From positions 5,022,001-5,086,000 of the forward strand of contig NC_043009.1 of assembly GCF_006345805.1 (NCBI RefSeq): a stretch of DNA of 64,000 nucleotides, read 5' to 3'. Source of the stretch: Octopus sinensis. Its lineage: Eukaryota. The first letter of the stretch is position 1; the number at the start of each line of letters is the position of its first letter. The notes beneath the pieces are model-generated. The model was not told the origin of the DNA. It did not search any database and was given only the letters and a program-made list of their open reading frames with translations. Below are positions 26,202-39,200 of the stretch, piece by piece. A program made the position numbers and the translations under genes.

Positions 26202-26752
26202 TCACTAAAATACCATAATCCTTGTCTATGAAGCAAAGGTTGTGGTATTTGTTAGTCCTTGACACCGAAACTAAATCTGTTTATATAGGCTAAAGGTTTA
26301 CTCCTAGACTGAAAATGGTATCATTGCTATCCTGGTAATACCTATTAAATCGAAACGACGGGTAACGACTGCTCAACTTTTGAACCCCCCCCCCCAAATG
26401 GAAAAACGAAAAGAAAAAGAAATTGATGTTTTCTTACTGGTTTAGCAATTCTAGAGAAGTTTTCGTTTTTGAAATTACCTCCCTTCAGAGTTGGAGTTGC
26501 TCGTTAAGGCAGCTCACCAAATCATTTGTTTACTTTCCATTGAAGTGATGATAATTTCAAAAAAAACAAGCAAGATCTTACCTAAGAAGGTATTTGATAG
26601 ATAAGCACTTGAACGCGCACACAGATAGACACAGACACAGAGAGACAAATACACACACACACACACACAAGTATATTTATTTCTTTTGCAAGATTCTTGA
26701 TGTGAAAACGTGTGTTGAAATAGATAGATCTTTCGTCACACCCTCTATTACT

Positions 26753-26784
<32 letters not shown>

Positions 26785-27020
26785 AATATATACTCACAAA
26801 CAAATATATGCTTATATTCTTATACTTGCTTCAGTCATTTGACTGCGGCCATTTGTCGGCATTTAGTAGAACAAATCGAGCCCCGGACGTATTCTCTGTA
26901 AGCCTAGTAATTACTCTATCAGACACTTTTTGTCGAACCTCTAAGTTATTGAGGCATAAACATCAGCTGTCAAGTGATGGTGGGGGGGGGGCAAACGCAC
27001 ATATACATTTCGGTGCGAAT

Positions 27021-27061
<41 letters not shown>

Positions 27062-27504
27062 CGTGCATATAACTTGCATATTCATATATACATACATATA
27101 AGCGTACATATGTACATATATGTAGGAACATATACCTATATAAAGAGAAATGCTAAATTTATATTTCAACATAAGATATTCGATGTAAAAGCTATAAAAC
27201 ACAAGTTCTGTTTCGTATTAAAACATTAAACTGTGTACATACATTTGAAGTTACAGCCTTAACATATCTCAGAATATTGAGTTGTAAAAATAAGCGAAAA
27301 TGAAATGTAACGTCTTCAATAATATGAACAGAATTTTCGTTCTCAAAAATTTTGAAAACTGTTGGACTTATATATAAGTAATGCAACTTACATAAGCGAT
27401 CGAAAGATGATCTTCGAATTTCGTATATTGATAATCATGTATCGATAATCAATATATAATATATACACACGCATAAATTATATATATATAAATATATTTT
27501 ATTT

Positions 27505-27545
27505 ATTTTATTTTATTTAGTTTCAGCTCACAAGCTGTGGCCATG
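27505..27545 (-). mobile_element. Very short 3' stub of a LINE related to 24490-26201
   Basis: Minus strand reads catggccacagcttgtgagctgaaactaaataaaataaa, compared with the LINE end catggccacagctcataggctgaaac. Confidence 0.55.
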
Positions 27546-27599
<54 letters not shown>

Positions 27600-27615
27600 A
27601 TATATATGTGTGTGT

Positions 27616-27663
<48 letters not shown>

Positions 27664-28038
27664 CGTGTTTGTATATGTGTGTGTATAAACGAAAAAGGAA
27701 TAGTTTATGGCCTTCCAGCATTTATTTTTGCATTATAGCTTTACAGCCGTTTCTGATATACATTTTGAGTGCGACCATCATTCCTCTTACTCAATCGATC
27801 GATTTACCGATTAAAAATATATAGTAAACGGCTATTGGAATGACATTTTCTTGGAGTAGGACACCGCCATCGCTAAACTAAATGTAGATCGTGGGAAAAG
27901 GAGAAAAAAAGATAAGAAAAAGGAATATATATATATATATAATTGATATAGGATAAAATTTTTTTCGGGAAAAAATTTTATCAATGGCCAGCATATCAAA
28001 AAATGCCCTTAAAGGTAAAATGTATATATATATATATA

Positions 28039-28240
28039 TTGTTGTATTTAGGAATGGTCATCTTGCCAGTTTAGCCAATGAAAACACACGCACTATATAT
28101 TTGGTGTTACTTTGCTTCAGCATTATTTATTTATTACATTAATCTTAATCTTATTTCAGCCAGAGTTCTTTCGTCACAATCCTGTGATCGCATCAGTGGT
28201 CCTTTGCTTTCTTCTTTCTCATTTGTGTGTCTCTCCTTCC
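28039..28240 (-). mobile_element. Short HHR-bearing repeat (PLE pLTR-like tail) ending at (AT)n
   Basis: Minus strand 28199-28160 reads cca-CTGATGC-ga-tcac[aggatt]gtga-c-GAAA-g-aa-CTC-tgg, a variant core with a minimal stem III. Its 3' end matches the stub at about 17681-17717 in the opposite orientation. Confidence 0.55.
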
Positions 28241-29825
28241 TAACCGTCAGCCATTTTGTATTTCTATTATATGTGTCTTCATTTGCGCATGCGTATACCT
28301 CTATGTGCGTCTATGTATAAATATGTGGTGCAAATTAAGTAGCAGTTACTATCAATTGATCTATAACACTGAATTTTCAAAGCAGAACCACCGTCGTAAA
28401 CATTTACACCCACGCATTCTTCGACACAGAGGATGTGACTCTTCATCTCATCGTATATGTATATATGTGTGTGTGTGTATTTAAGTATATAATTATGCAT
28501 AGAGGCACATATAGAATTATATTTTCCTTATGGACATCGAAATGAGGAGGAGAAGTGTACTCATCATCAGAATTGAAAATTTGAGCCAAAATATCACGAA
28601 CATCAGAAAGTATTATCTTCGTTATATTTCATATAATCTATGATGAGTAAAATTTCGTAACAAGCGAGCATCGTCTGAATAAATTCCAACACCTCCAGCC
28701 ACACTACTGTGACTACTCTAATTCGATAGGAAGAACATATTAAAATTAAAAAAAAATCTAGACTCCTAAAACATTGTCTATAAATGATTAGTATATTGAA
28801 TTAATAATTAAACGTATATTTCATTAATAGCTGATTTTAAAATACTTGGGCATTTATAAGTGATCAACAATTAGGTTTCTGCATGTATCAAAAATTACTA
28901 TGTCAAGTTTCTCTGAATGATACGTATTTCGTAATGCTAAAATTAGATCAAACAGATGAAACCTTTTCGCAAATGAATATATTCAGCATTTATAAATTAC
29001 TGAGTTTCAACTAGGTAATATAAATCCTACAACAATCAAACTCATATATCTTAAGGCTCCAGAAGACCAGTAGCATAATATCATTTCCCTCTATACTATC
29101 ATAATATATCAACCTCTCTGCCTACGAACTAATTAAGAACAATACCCGCAATGTCGAAGTACAGCTGATTCAGCATCCACACTTAGGTTAATCATCGCTC
29201 CATGCATCATCTTGATCCGGTTCAATATACCTTACACGTACAAATACATCCACATATACATACAAATATATACACGTACACGCTCCTCACTTCCTTATAG
29301 GTCGCCATCGAATTCAATGAGAGTGAAGATTTTCCCTTTCAATTGTGGATCATTTGATGACTGCACATTTCAATCTATCTTCGCATTGAATTGCGGATGC
29401 TTTGATGTTTTTACTTCTGAAAGAGCAGCGGTAACTGATGATACAGGCGCTCTGGCAGTTGTGTAACTCATAATGTCTTCTTAGTACATCTACCGTGTGC
29501 CCTCGTAAGTCAGTTAAGTGCGCAAAAGGCGGGATTTCACCGTGGTAATTGCACGAATTAATCAAAACGGCTGTATCTGTAACAATAACGCGTAAGTTAA
29601 AAAAAAAGAGATTACATTGCATGAAAACACACATATGCAATGCAATTTTTGAACGATCAGAGAAATGTAGAAATGAATATAGATATATATGAGCGAAGCC
29701 ATATTTCTATATATGAATACATCAACATATGAATATTTGAAGTAATATATACACAGTGAAAAAATACTTTGTGCATAAACAATATTATATGTATGTATAT
29801 ATAAATATGTATATATGTATATATG

Positions 29826-29863
<38 letters not shown>

Positions 29864-29874
29864 ATTATATATAT

Positions 29875-29910
<36 letters not shown>

Positions 29911-30034
29911 ATGTATATCTATGTATGCATATATATATATATATACGTACATACACATACACACACGCACATATATATATATGCATACGTATGTAGGAGG
30001 AAGAAGAGTCTGTGTGTGTGTCTCTCTCTCTGTT

Positions 30035-30067
<33 letters not shown>

Positions 30068-31129
30068 GTGTATGTAATATATACATATATACATATCTTT
30101 GTGTGTAAATGTGAGTGTGTGTGAGTTAGACAGACATATAGATAAATTGATAGATAGATAGAGAGAACGAGAGAGAGAGAGAGAGAAATAGAGAGTGAGG
30201 GAGTGATAGAGAGAGTTTGTGTCATGGAATCATGTTGCTTAGTGGTAATTAGGTTGCACTCATGGCGATGGTAGTCTATAGCAGTGTTGCACTCATGGTG
30301 ATGAGAGTCTGGTTTCCGATGATGGACCCACAATGTATTGTGTTCTTAAGCAAAATACTTCAGTTCACACTGTTGCAGGTGACGCAGCCGGCAAAACCTT
30401 TTAACAACGCGACGGACCGGAGTTCCATCCGCAGTCGGACTGTATTAGTCCAAAATCTAGGAAAACGTCCTTATAGACGGGAAGAACCTGTTTTCTTATT
30501 TTCTATATATATATCCATGACTGTATATCATATTATGTATTTTTGAAATATGTTACTGAGTGTGTGGTTCAGTTTATAGACAATTACTTCTGTGTGTTAA
30601 TGTGAATTTATTAAAATGTTATTAAATTTTATTAAAATAAAGGAATCCTATTCTCCACAAGCTTTTGCAACAAATGTGCTTAAAAAATTTCGATACATTG
30701 AGACATGAGATGTTTCATTAACACAGGTATCGCAAGAGTAATATAAATAACACGGGTTTGAAATTATCTGATCAGCTAGACTGGTTCATATAAATTAGTG
30801 AAAAAATTTACTGCGTTGGCGTCAATCAAAGAAAACCCGAATCAAATATTTTTATTGATAATTTATATATCTGATGAAAAATATCATTTTAAAAATGTGT
30901 AGAACATGAATTATTGTTTCTTCTGTGTGAAGCAGAAGACCGGGGCTATGTAGGTTTCTTGATGTAAAAGGGACTGAGATTACAGATTTCTCTCTTGAAT
31001 GGGACACCTATGTTTCCCAACGTTATGTCCGAGATAGCGTAAGAACACATTGATAGTAGTGTTGAATTGAGCAACATTTAAAGAAGGGATCAAGAATATG
31101 TCCAGTCAAAAATCCAAACTATGTTTATG

Positions 31130-31445
31130 AGTGCAATACTCTAAACACTAGATCAAGCGCCATCGCTCTCTTCAATGAAGAGTACTATGCAAACATTCAG
31201 AGGCAGTTAAGAAAGGCTATTAAGAACAAACGCCCATGAAATCGGATAAAAAGTGTCTTGTTTCACCACGACAGTGCTCTGGCACACAAGGTGATGGTTT
31301 CAGTGGCACTTGCGCGTGATTGTGGTTTTGGACTGGTTAATCAGCTCTGCTATACTACTGACTTAGGCCCATCTGACTATAACGTGTTCCTCAACATGAA
31401 AACACGCTTGGCTGGGAACTAGTATCGCAGTGATGATGACTTCAA
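31130..31445 (+). mobile_element. Mariner transposase C-terminal fragment
   Basis: EEYYANIQRQLRKAIKNKRP*NRIKSVLFHHDSALAH...CYTTDLGPSDYNVFLNMKTRLAG..YRSDDD contains HDNA-like and YSPDLAPSDY-like motifs. It is truncated by the HHR element that follows. Confidence 0.82.
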
Positions 31446-32154
31446 AATATACGATCGAGGCTCTGCATCTTCCCCTGTCCACCCTCGTGAGTTATAGAGC
31501 AACAAATTCCTACAGAGGAATTCGTAGTTTATTTTCAGGGAGAGAATTATATTGTCAATAATAATAAGGGTAAAATTAATTATTTATTTAGTAATTAATA
31601 ATTTTACCAAGCAGTGTTCCTTTGTAGGAATTTAGTCCACGTGGATGGACAGGGGAAGATGCAGAGCCTCATTCGTATATTTTGAATTCGTTGGTACTGG
31701 ATGTCAAGGATGGTTTATCTGAGGTTACTCAAATCAGACGGGTATGTTCGATTGTTAGTGCTCTCAAATTTAAATTTAATGAAATCCTGTGCTGATGACA
31801 GGAATGTTTGAATAGGGATGTATTTCTAGCATCTGTATATCCAACTAACCCAGAAACGCGTTCACAAGTAATCTATTTTTCGAATGAAGTTTCGTTAATT
31901 TTCCCTCTATGCCTACGTGAATTGTTTTTGAGTATACATTATCTGGTAGATTCTTTTTATAGTAGTGGAAATAGCCAAATTCTTTGGCTGCTATTTCTAA
32001 AAGTTCGGTGTGTGATAAAGCAATTTTTTGGCAGAACCCTAATTATATGAAGTAATGTATATATTTACTGTAAATGGTCCTTTTACATACTGAACACTGC
32101 TTGGTAAAATTATTAATTACTAATTAATTAATTAATTTTACCCTTATTATTATT

Positions 32155-32157
<3 letters not shown>
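31441..32157 (+). mobile_element. HHR-containing element (family of 12793-13280) with an inverted 5' piece spanning the monomer junction
   Basis: Forward unit 31617-32157 has an HHR at 31788-31866 and ends ...cccttattattattgac|(TA)n. 31441-31619 is a reverse complement containing the unit's 3' end (31554-31619 matches about 32092-32157) joined to sequence homologous to its 5' start (31449-31482 versus 31646-31678). Confidence 0.8.
31788..31866 (+). ncRNA. Type I hammerhead ribozyme motif
   Basis: tgtg-CTGATGA-[long, imperfect stem II]-GAAAC-gc-GTT-caca, with a palindromic AACGCGTT stem III. Confidence 0.7.
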
Positions 32158-32217
<60 letters not shown>

Positions 32218-32430
32218 TGTATTAAATTAGAGACAAAACCACTATTAGGCAAATCAAACAATAAAAAACTTAAGCCAATACGTATGATTATTTATATTAT
32301 TTAAATATATAACAAAATTATTATAAAAATATAATTAAGTTTGGATTTATTCCCTAATATTTATTATAATATATATATATATATATATACATATGGCTAT
32401 TATACTTTATTATTTGTTTAGATTCTAAAC

Positions 32431-32476
32431 AAAAGTGTCCGACGGATGGGAACGTGAAACTCTGAGTAACAGTTTT
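32431..32476 (+). ncRNA. Degenerate type I hammerhead motif
   Basis: aaaagtgt-CCGACGG-atg[ggaa]cgt-GAAAC-tctga-GTA-acagtttt. All three stems are recognisable; the core has two transitions from CTGACGA. Confidence 0.5.
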
Positions 32477-32574
32477 TGTGATATTTTTACTGTCCTTTAA
32501 TAAAGCATTTTACTGTACCTTTGGTATTAGTGTACTACATTTCCCACCTTGTTTCGCATTTATGTGCTTACTCT

Positions 32575-32629
<55 letters not shown>

Positions 32630-33146
32630 CATACATATAAGTGTGTGTGTGTATATATATATCTGAATCTCTGTATCTATTCTCACTACTATTTCTGATT
32701 ATACTCAATTATGACTAATTAGCTTTATTTATGGCCATGATATCGTAATATTGTATTTACTAAATTTCGTTATGAATTTTTGTTATATATCATGGTGGAT
32801 TTTTTTTCTCTTACATTAACCAAAATTTTCCTTTTTGTCAGACACGAATGAATGTTCACCATATGGAACCAAGAATTTTCTATGTATCTTTTATTTTTGT
32901 AAAGTATTCTGCAGCTTCGGAAATATTTTAGCTGAAAATTCACTCGATATTACTTGAAGACAATGTTTCTATAGACTGGGCATTACTTTGAAATGCACTG
33001 CTTTCTGTTCACAATCACACATTCATACGGTCACTTACATACAGATATATTTACCTACGTACATATATATATATATATGCATACATATATTCACACAAAC
33101 ATGCATACATATATATGCATATATATATATATATATGTATATATGT

Positions 33147-33470
33147 GAAGGCGCATGGCTCAGTGGTTATAGCGTCGAGCTTTCGATCGTGAGGTTGTGA
33201 GTTCGCTTCCCGGACCGGGCTGCGTGTTGTGTTCTTGAGCAAAATACTTTATTTCACGTTGTTCCAGTTAACTCAGCTGCAGTAATGAGTTGCAACATCA
33301 CTGGTGCCAAGCTGTATCGGTTCCTTGCCTATCCCTTGGATAACATCAGTGGTGTGGAGAGGGGAGGCTGGTATGCATGGGTGTCTGCTGGCCTTCCATA
33401 AACAATCTTGCTCGGACTTGTGCTCTGGGGGGTAACTTTCTATATGCAACCCCATGGTCATTCGTGACCA
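33147..33470 (+). mobile_element. tRNA-derived SINE (third family)
   Basis: A box tggctcagtggt, B box gagttcgcttcc, CORE-like cttgagcaaaatact and a non-tRNA 3' body. Confidence 0.82.
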
Positions 33471-33567
33471 AATGTGATCTCCACATATGTCATATGCATA
33501 CATATACATATATATATATATATATACATGTGTGAGTGTGTGTGTGTGTGTTTGCATGCAAATGTCT

Positions 33568-33750
33568 ATAGGCGGCGAGCTGGCAGAGAAGTTAGCATGC
33601 CGGGTGAAATGTTTGGCGGTGTTTCGTATGCCGTTGTTCTGTCGGTGTCGAGTTTGCTTTTCATCATTTCGGGATCGATTAAAGAAGTACTTAATCCATG
33701 TGACTGTCCTTGTTTGTCCCCTCTATGTTTAGTCCCCTGTGGGCAATAAA
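33568..33750 (+). mobile_element. SINE (ggcgagctggcag family), diverged
   Basis: Head aggcggcgagctggcagag and tail ctatgtttagtcccctgtgggcaataaa. Confidence 0.8.
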
Positions 33751-33988
33751 TACATAAATAAATAAATAAGTATATATATATATATATGTGTGTGTGTTGG
33801 TGGGGGGTCTGCATGTGTGTGTATGCGTATGCATCTCTGTACAGGAATAGTGGGTTACCTCATTTATATAGGAAAGGTATAGACACACTCGTGTACATGC
33901 ATAGCCTTCTTTCTCCTCTTTTTGTCTCTGCTTATATACATACACTCACACACGCACACATGTATATATAATATATATATATATATAT

Positions 33989-35825
33989 AAGTTTAACAAT
34001 TAAGGATAATCTCTTATAAGGGATCTAACAAGAAATTATCGGGTAGTTAGCGTGAAAACCTCATAAAAGAAAAGAATTCGAAAATAATTTTTTTCTTTTG
34101 AACAAATTAATATATCTATATTGTATAGAGGGCATTATACACATAAATGCCTCACTAAGAGGGACAAAGTCATTACTACCAAAATTATACTAATCTACCC
34201 AAATGCAGTTTTTCAAAGCAAGACATTTAAAAAAGAATTTAGTTCTGTTCACCGTGATTTCACATTCAACTTACGTCTAATGATCGTCAGCAGACTGATT
34301 CTGAACACATCAAAATAAACTACCAACCTTACGTAGCGAAGACGAACAGACAACTGCTCACTCCGCCAAGCACATGGAATGTTTATAAATCATATATCCG
34401 GTAAATGGCGGCTTTTACGAACTGCATGTCGGGTAATGAAAAGTATTTCGGAATAAGTTTAACATTAAGGATAATCTCTTAATAAGGGATCTTAACAAGG
34501 AATTATCGGGTAGTTAGCGTGAAAACCTCATAAAAGAAAAGAATTCGAAAATAATTTTTTTCTTTTGAACAAATTAATTATATCTATATTGTATAGAGGG
34601 CATTATTACACATAAATGCCTCACACTAAGAGGACAAAGTCATTACTACCAAAATTATACTAATCATACCCAAATGCAGTTTTTCAAAGCAAGACATTTA
34701 AAAAATGAATTTAGTTCTGTATCACCGTGATTTCACATTCAACTTACGTCTAATGATCGTCAGCAGAACTGATTCTGAACACATCATAAATAAACTACCA
34801 ACCTTACGTAGCGAAGACGAACAGACAACTGCTCACTCCGGCCAAGCACATGGAATGTTTATAAATCATATATCCGGTAAATGGCGGGCTTTTTACGAAC
34901 TGCATGTCGGGTAATGAAAAGTATTTCGGAATAAGTTTAACAATTAAGGATAATCTCTTAATAAGGGATCTTAACAAGGAATTATCGGGTAGTTAGCGTG
35001 AAAACCTCATAAAAGAAAAGAATTCGAAAATAATTTTTTTCTTTTGAACAAATTAATTATATCTATATTGTATAGAGGGCATTATTACACATAAATGCCT
35101 CACACTAGGAGGGGACAAAGTCATTACTACCAAAATTATACTAATCATACCCAAATGCAGTTTTTCAAAGCAAGACATTTAAAAAGAATTTAGTTCTGTA
35201 TCACCGTGATTTCACATTCAACTTACGTCTTATGATCATCAGCAGAACTGATTCTGAACACATCATAAATAAACTACCAACCTTACGTAGCGAAGACGAA
35301 CAGACAACTGCTCACACCGGCCAAGCACATGGAATGTTTATAAATCATATATCCGGTAAATGGCGGGCTTTTTACGAACTGCATGTCGGGTAATGAAAAG
35401 TATTTCGGAATAAGTTTAACAATTAAGGATAATCTCTTAATAAGGGATCTTAACAAGAAATTATCGGGTAGTTAGCGTGAAAACCTCATAAAAGAAAAGA
35501 ATTCGAAAATAATTTTTTTCTTAAAAAGCCCGCCATTTACCGGATATATGATTTATAAACATTCCATGTTCTTGGCCGGAGTGAGCAGTTGTCTGTTCGT
35601 CTTCGCTACGTAAGGTTGGTAGTTTATTTATGATGTGTTCAGAATCAGTTCTGCTGATGATCATAAGACGTAAGTTGAATGTGAAATCACGGTGATACAG
35701 AACTAAATTCATTTTTTAAATGTCTTGCTTTGAAAAACTGCATTTGGGTATGATAAGTATAATTTTGGTAGTAATGACTTTGTCCCTCTTAGTGTGAGGC
35801 ATTTATGTGTAATAATGCCCTCTAT

Positions 35826-35832
<7 letters not shown>
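33989..35832. repeat. Tandem array of a monomer of about 478 bp carrying an HHR, with terminal inversion
   Basis: Monomer starts (aagtttaac) lie at 33989, 34455, 34933 and 35412 (partial, to 35521). An inverted partial copy occupies 35522-35832. Flanked by (AT)n on both sides. Confidence 0.95.
34713..34770 (-). ncRNA. Type I hammerhead ribozyme (array 1, copy 2; also 34241-34296 -, 35192-35249 -, 35647-35704 +)
   Basis: Stem I agttctg/cagaact (7 bp); core CTGACGA (CTGATGA in later copies); stem II cattagac[GTAA]gttgaatg; GAAA; stem III atca[cgg]tgat; predicted cleavage after AUA. U:U at 10.1/11.1. Confidence 0.85.
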
Positions 35833-35872
<40 letters not shown>

Positions 35873-36157
35873 GTATGTATATATATATGTGTGTGTGTGT
35901 ATGTGTGTGTATGTCTATGTCAGTGTGTATTCCCTATAATTTTGAAATTTTGTATCAATGACGTCTCGGATCTATGTATAAACGAAGATAATTTAGCATA
36001 ATTATTTTTTTTAGAGGGCGTTTGAACATTCCATTCCATAAGTTTCGTAATATGTTTTTACACAAACTTTCTGACAAGTGTCTTTGCTTGAAAACTATGT
36101 TTTTGAATAGCTCTTGTAGTATGCGCAGCTAATGAAAGAAAACACACACACACACAC

Positions 36158-36191
<34 letters not shown>

Positions 36192-36195
36192 ATTT

Positions 36196-36254
<59 letters not shown>

Positions 36255-36865
36255 TATTATTATATTATTATTATTATCATCATTATTGCTGTTGTTATTA
36301 TATTATTATTATTATTACTATTACTATTCCTATTATTATTATTATCATCATTAGGTTCTGTGTATATACAGATTTTAACTTCAAATATGTGTTTGTGTAT
36401 TTTAGATTCCATTGCATACCGCGTTAGAATATTTCAATATATGAACGGGTTTTACAGAGGACTGCGATTGCTATGGATTGCACAGGTGTATTCTAGCGAA
36501 GTATAATTACTATAATTAGCGTACATTGCATTTACAGGTTCCCTAAACATTCAGAACATAAAAGAATTTCTATTCACTGTTTAGAATAGATTTGAAATAT
36601 CTTAGACATACATACACATCGACACACATGCACTCACAAAGTAATATATATGTGCGTGTGTGTGTGAGTTTGTATATAGGTATATACATATACATGCATA
36701 TATATACATATATATATGTGTGTATGTATGTATGCATATATATACATATATGTGTAAATATAATCATACATTTTGTACATAAATCAATAGACATATATAT
36801 TTAAACAAATATATATATATATATGTGTGTGTACGTGTGTGTGTGTGTATGTGTCTGTGTCTGTG

Positions 36866-36896
<31 letters not shown>

Positions 36897-36937
36897 ATTT
36901 ACGTACGTGCTTGCAGTAGCACATTAATATATACATT

Positions 36938-36971
<34 letters not shown>

Positions 36972-37132
36972 TGTGTTTGGGTGCGTATGATTGTGCGTGC
37001 GCGTCCGTGTGTATGTGTGTGCATGTGTGTATTTGCGTGTGCGTAAGTATGTGTGTGTATGTGTATGTGTGTGTGTCCGTCCATTTGGTATTATGATATG
37101 TATGTATTTATTCGAGTCAGTGCTTGCTTGAG

Positions 37133-37185
<53 letters not shown>

Positions 37186-37988
37186 ATAATATATATATAT
37201 TTGTGAGCGTGGTTGCTTGTGAGTGCGTCTGTCCTTTGTGTGTCTTTTGTGTGACGTTTTGAAATGAACAGAATCAGAAAAAGAAACACAACTTGCAGGA
37301 ACATGTATTAAGTGAATTCTTCATTTTCTGCTGGTAATAATTAGGGAATAGGAAATGTATGCAAATTTATTGAGGCTTAAATTATTATATAATTATTTAA
37401 ATCAATAACGTGTAATTATATGTTAGGTACTGAAGGATTTATATTATATTCAGAAAGCCTTGTCCTTTAAAATGAGTCATCGTACAAATCAATCTATACA
37501 ACTAAAAGTTTGTATACTTTAACCGAAGTACGGAACTTCGAAGCAAAGTGCCGCAGAAATGGCTCTCTTTTTCGACGCGTGATTATGTGAACATGATAGC
37601 TGCTATTTTATTTTCTATATTCTGATAATCACGCATACTTAAGTTACTCACCCATATACACACACAAAGCGTTAGGTTGTAAATGTATGTATAGATATAT
37701 TGTGAATCATCTGATTCGAATGAATATGCAAGCACGTACTCTATACATGTATTGAATGATTGAATATATTTTCAGCTATCGGTATCCAGTATCCACACGC
37801 ATGCACGTCTACACGTAAAAATGTATGAAAACAAATCGATGTACATGAAATCAGCAGAATACATCTTAAATTTAATCAAATCTAATTCACAAAGTGCTTT
37901 ATATATTCACACACACACACATAAATATATATATGTATGTATGAATGTATCTATGTATATATGTATGTATATATATATAATATATATA

Positions 37989-38035
<47 letters not shown>

Positions 38036-38038
<3 letters not shown>

Positions 38039-38279
38039 TTAATAAATAAATAAAACATATGCATATAAACATACATATACGTACGTACCTACCTCTACAT
38101 GTATATATACATGCATATATGGTACAGAAGAAAAATGTTCATTTACTTGGGTTTGTGTTTATGTTTTCCTTTCTCATTGTGTTCGACGTTTTGTGGGTGT
38201 CCTGTACCCATATATGCATGTATATATACATGTAGAGGTAGGTACGTACATATATGTTTTATTTATTTATTAATTTATT
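38036..38279. repeat. Fold-back (inverted repeat) with a spacer of about 74 bp
   Basis: 38081-38127 (gtacgtacctacctctacatgtatatatacatgcatatatggtacag) pairs with 38202-38249 with a single 1-nt indel. The outer AT-rich arms also pair. Confidence 0.85.
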
Positions 38280-38789
38280 ATATGACGGAACGCACGCATC
38301 CATTTCTAAGTAAGATTGTTCTTAATATATATATATATATATATTTATATTTGTGTGTGTTTGTCTGTGTGTGTGTGTATGTATATTTAGTATTCTTTCG
38401 GAACTTGTAGAAAACATCGAAAATCTACATATGATCGTATTCCATAGAGATGAACATTTATTGAGAATATTGAATGCACTAGGGCATCAAGCTTCGGATT
38501 TCACATCTTAATCAACTGGAGCTACTCAACCCGCACGCGAACTCAGAAAAAGTTTTAAAATAAATTTTTGTTGAATTTTCCATTCTATGGAGATGCCTCC
38601 TTTAATGCAGCTGAAATACTGTCTCTAATTAGAGAGCATTTTCTAAGAAAAGTTTGTTACCATGAACTTTTGAATACTCCTAAATTCAAAAGAATGTACT
38701 CATGTTTAGGTAATATCACTTTCAATGCTCCAGGCTACAACATGATCATTTCTATTAAGGGCACAAATCCTGAACTTGTGTGGAAGGAA

Positions 38790-39200
38790 CTAGCCGATTA
38801 CTAGATCGAGCGTTTCACTGGTATTTAATTTATCGACCTGTAAATGTTGAAAGGCAAAGTCAACTTGAGCAGAATTTGAAGTCAGAAGGTAACGACGGAC
38901 GAAATACCTCTTTCTTTACTACCCACAAGGGGCTAAACACAGAGGGGTCAAATAAGGACAGACAAACGGATTAAGTCGATTATATCGACCCCAGTGCGTA
39001 ACTGGTACTTATTTAATCGACCCCGAAACGATGAAATGCAAAGTCGATCTCGGCTGAATTTGAACTCAGAACGTAGCGGCAGACGAAATACTGCTAAGCA
39101 TTTCACCAGGCATGCTAACGCTTCTGCCAGCTCGCCGCCGGACGAAATACCGCTGAGCATTTTGAACGGCGTGGTAACGATTCTGCGAACTCGCTGCCTT
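38790..39200 (-). mobile_element. Cluster of tandem partial SINE copies (ggcgagctggcag family)
   Basis: Repeated core and head segments. Confidence 0.85.

Noticed and set aside
31449-31678. TA-flanked MITE with 33-bp TIRs
   Set aside because: The interior contains the reverse complement of the adjacent HHR element's 3' end, and the right arm is continuous with that element. It is therefore the element's 5' inversion.
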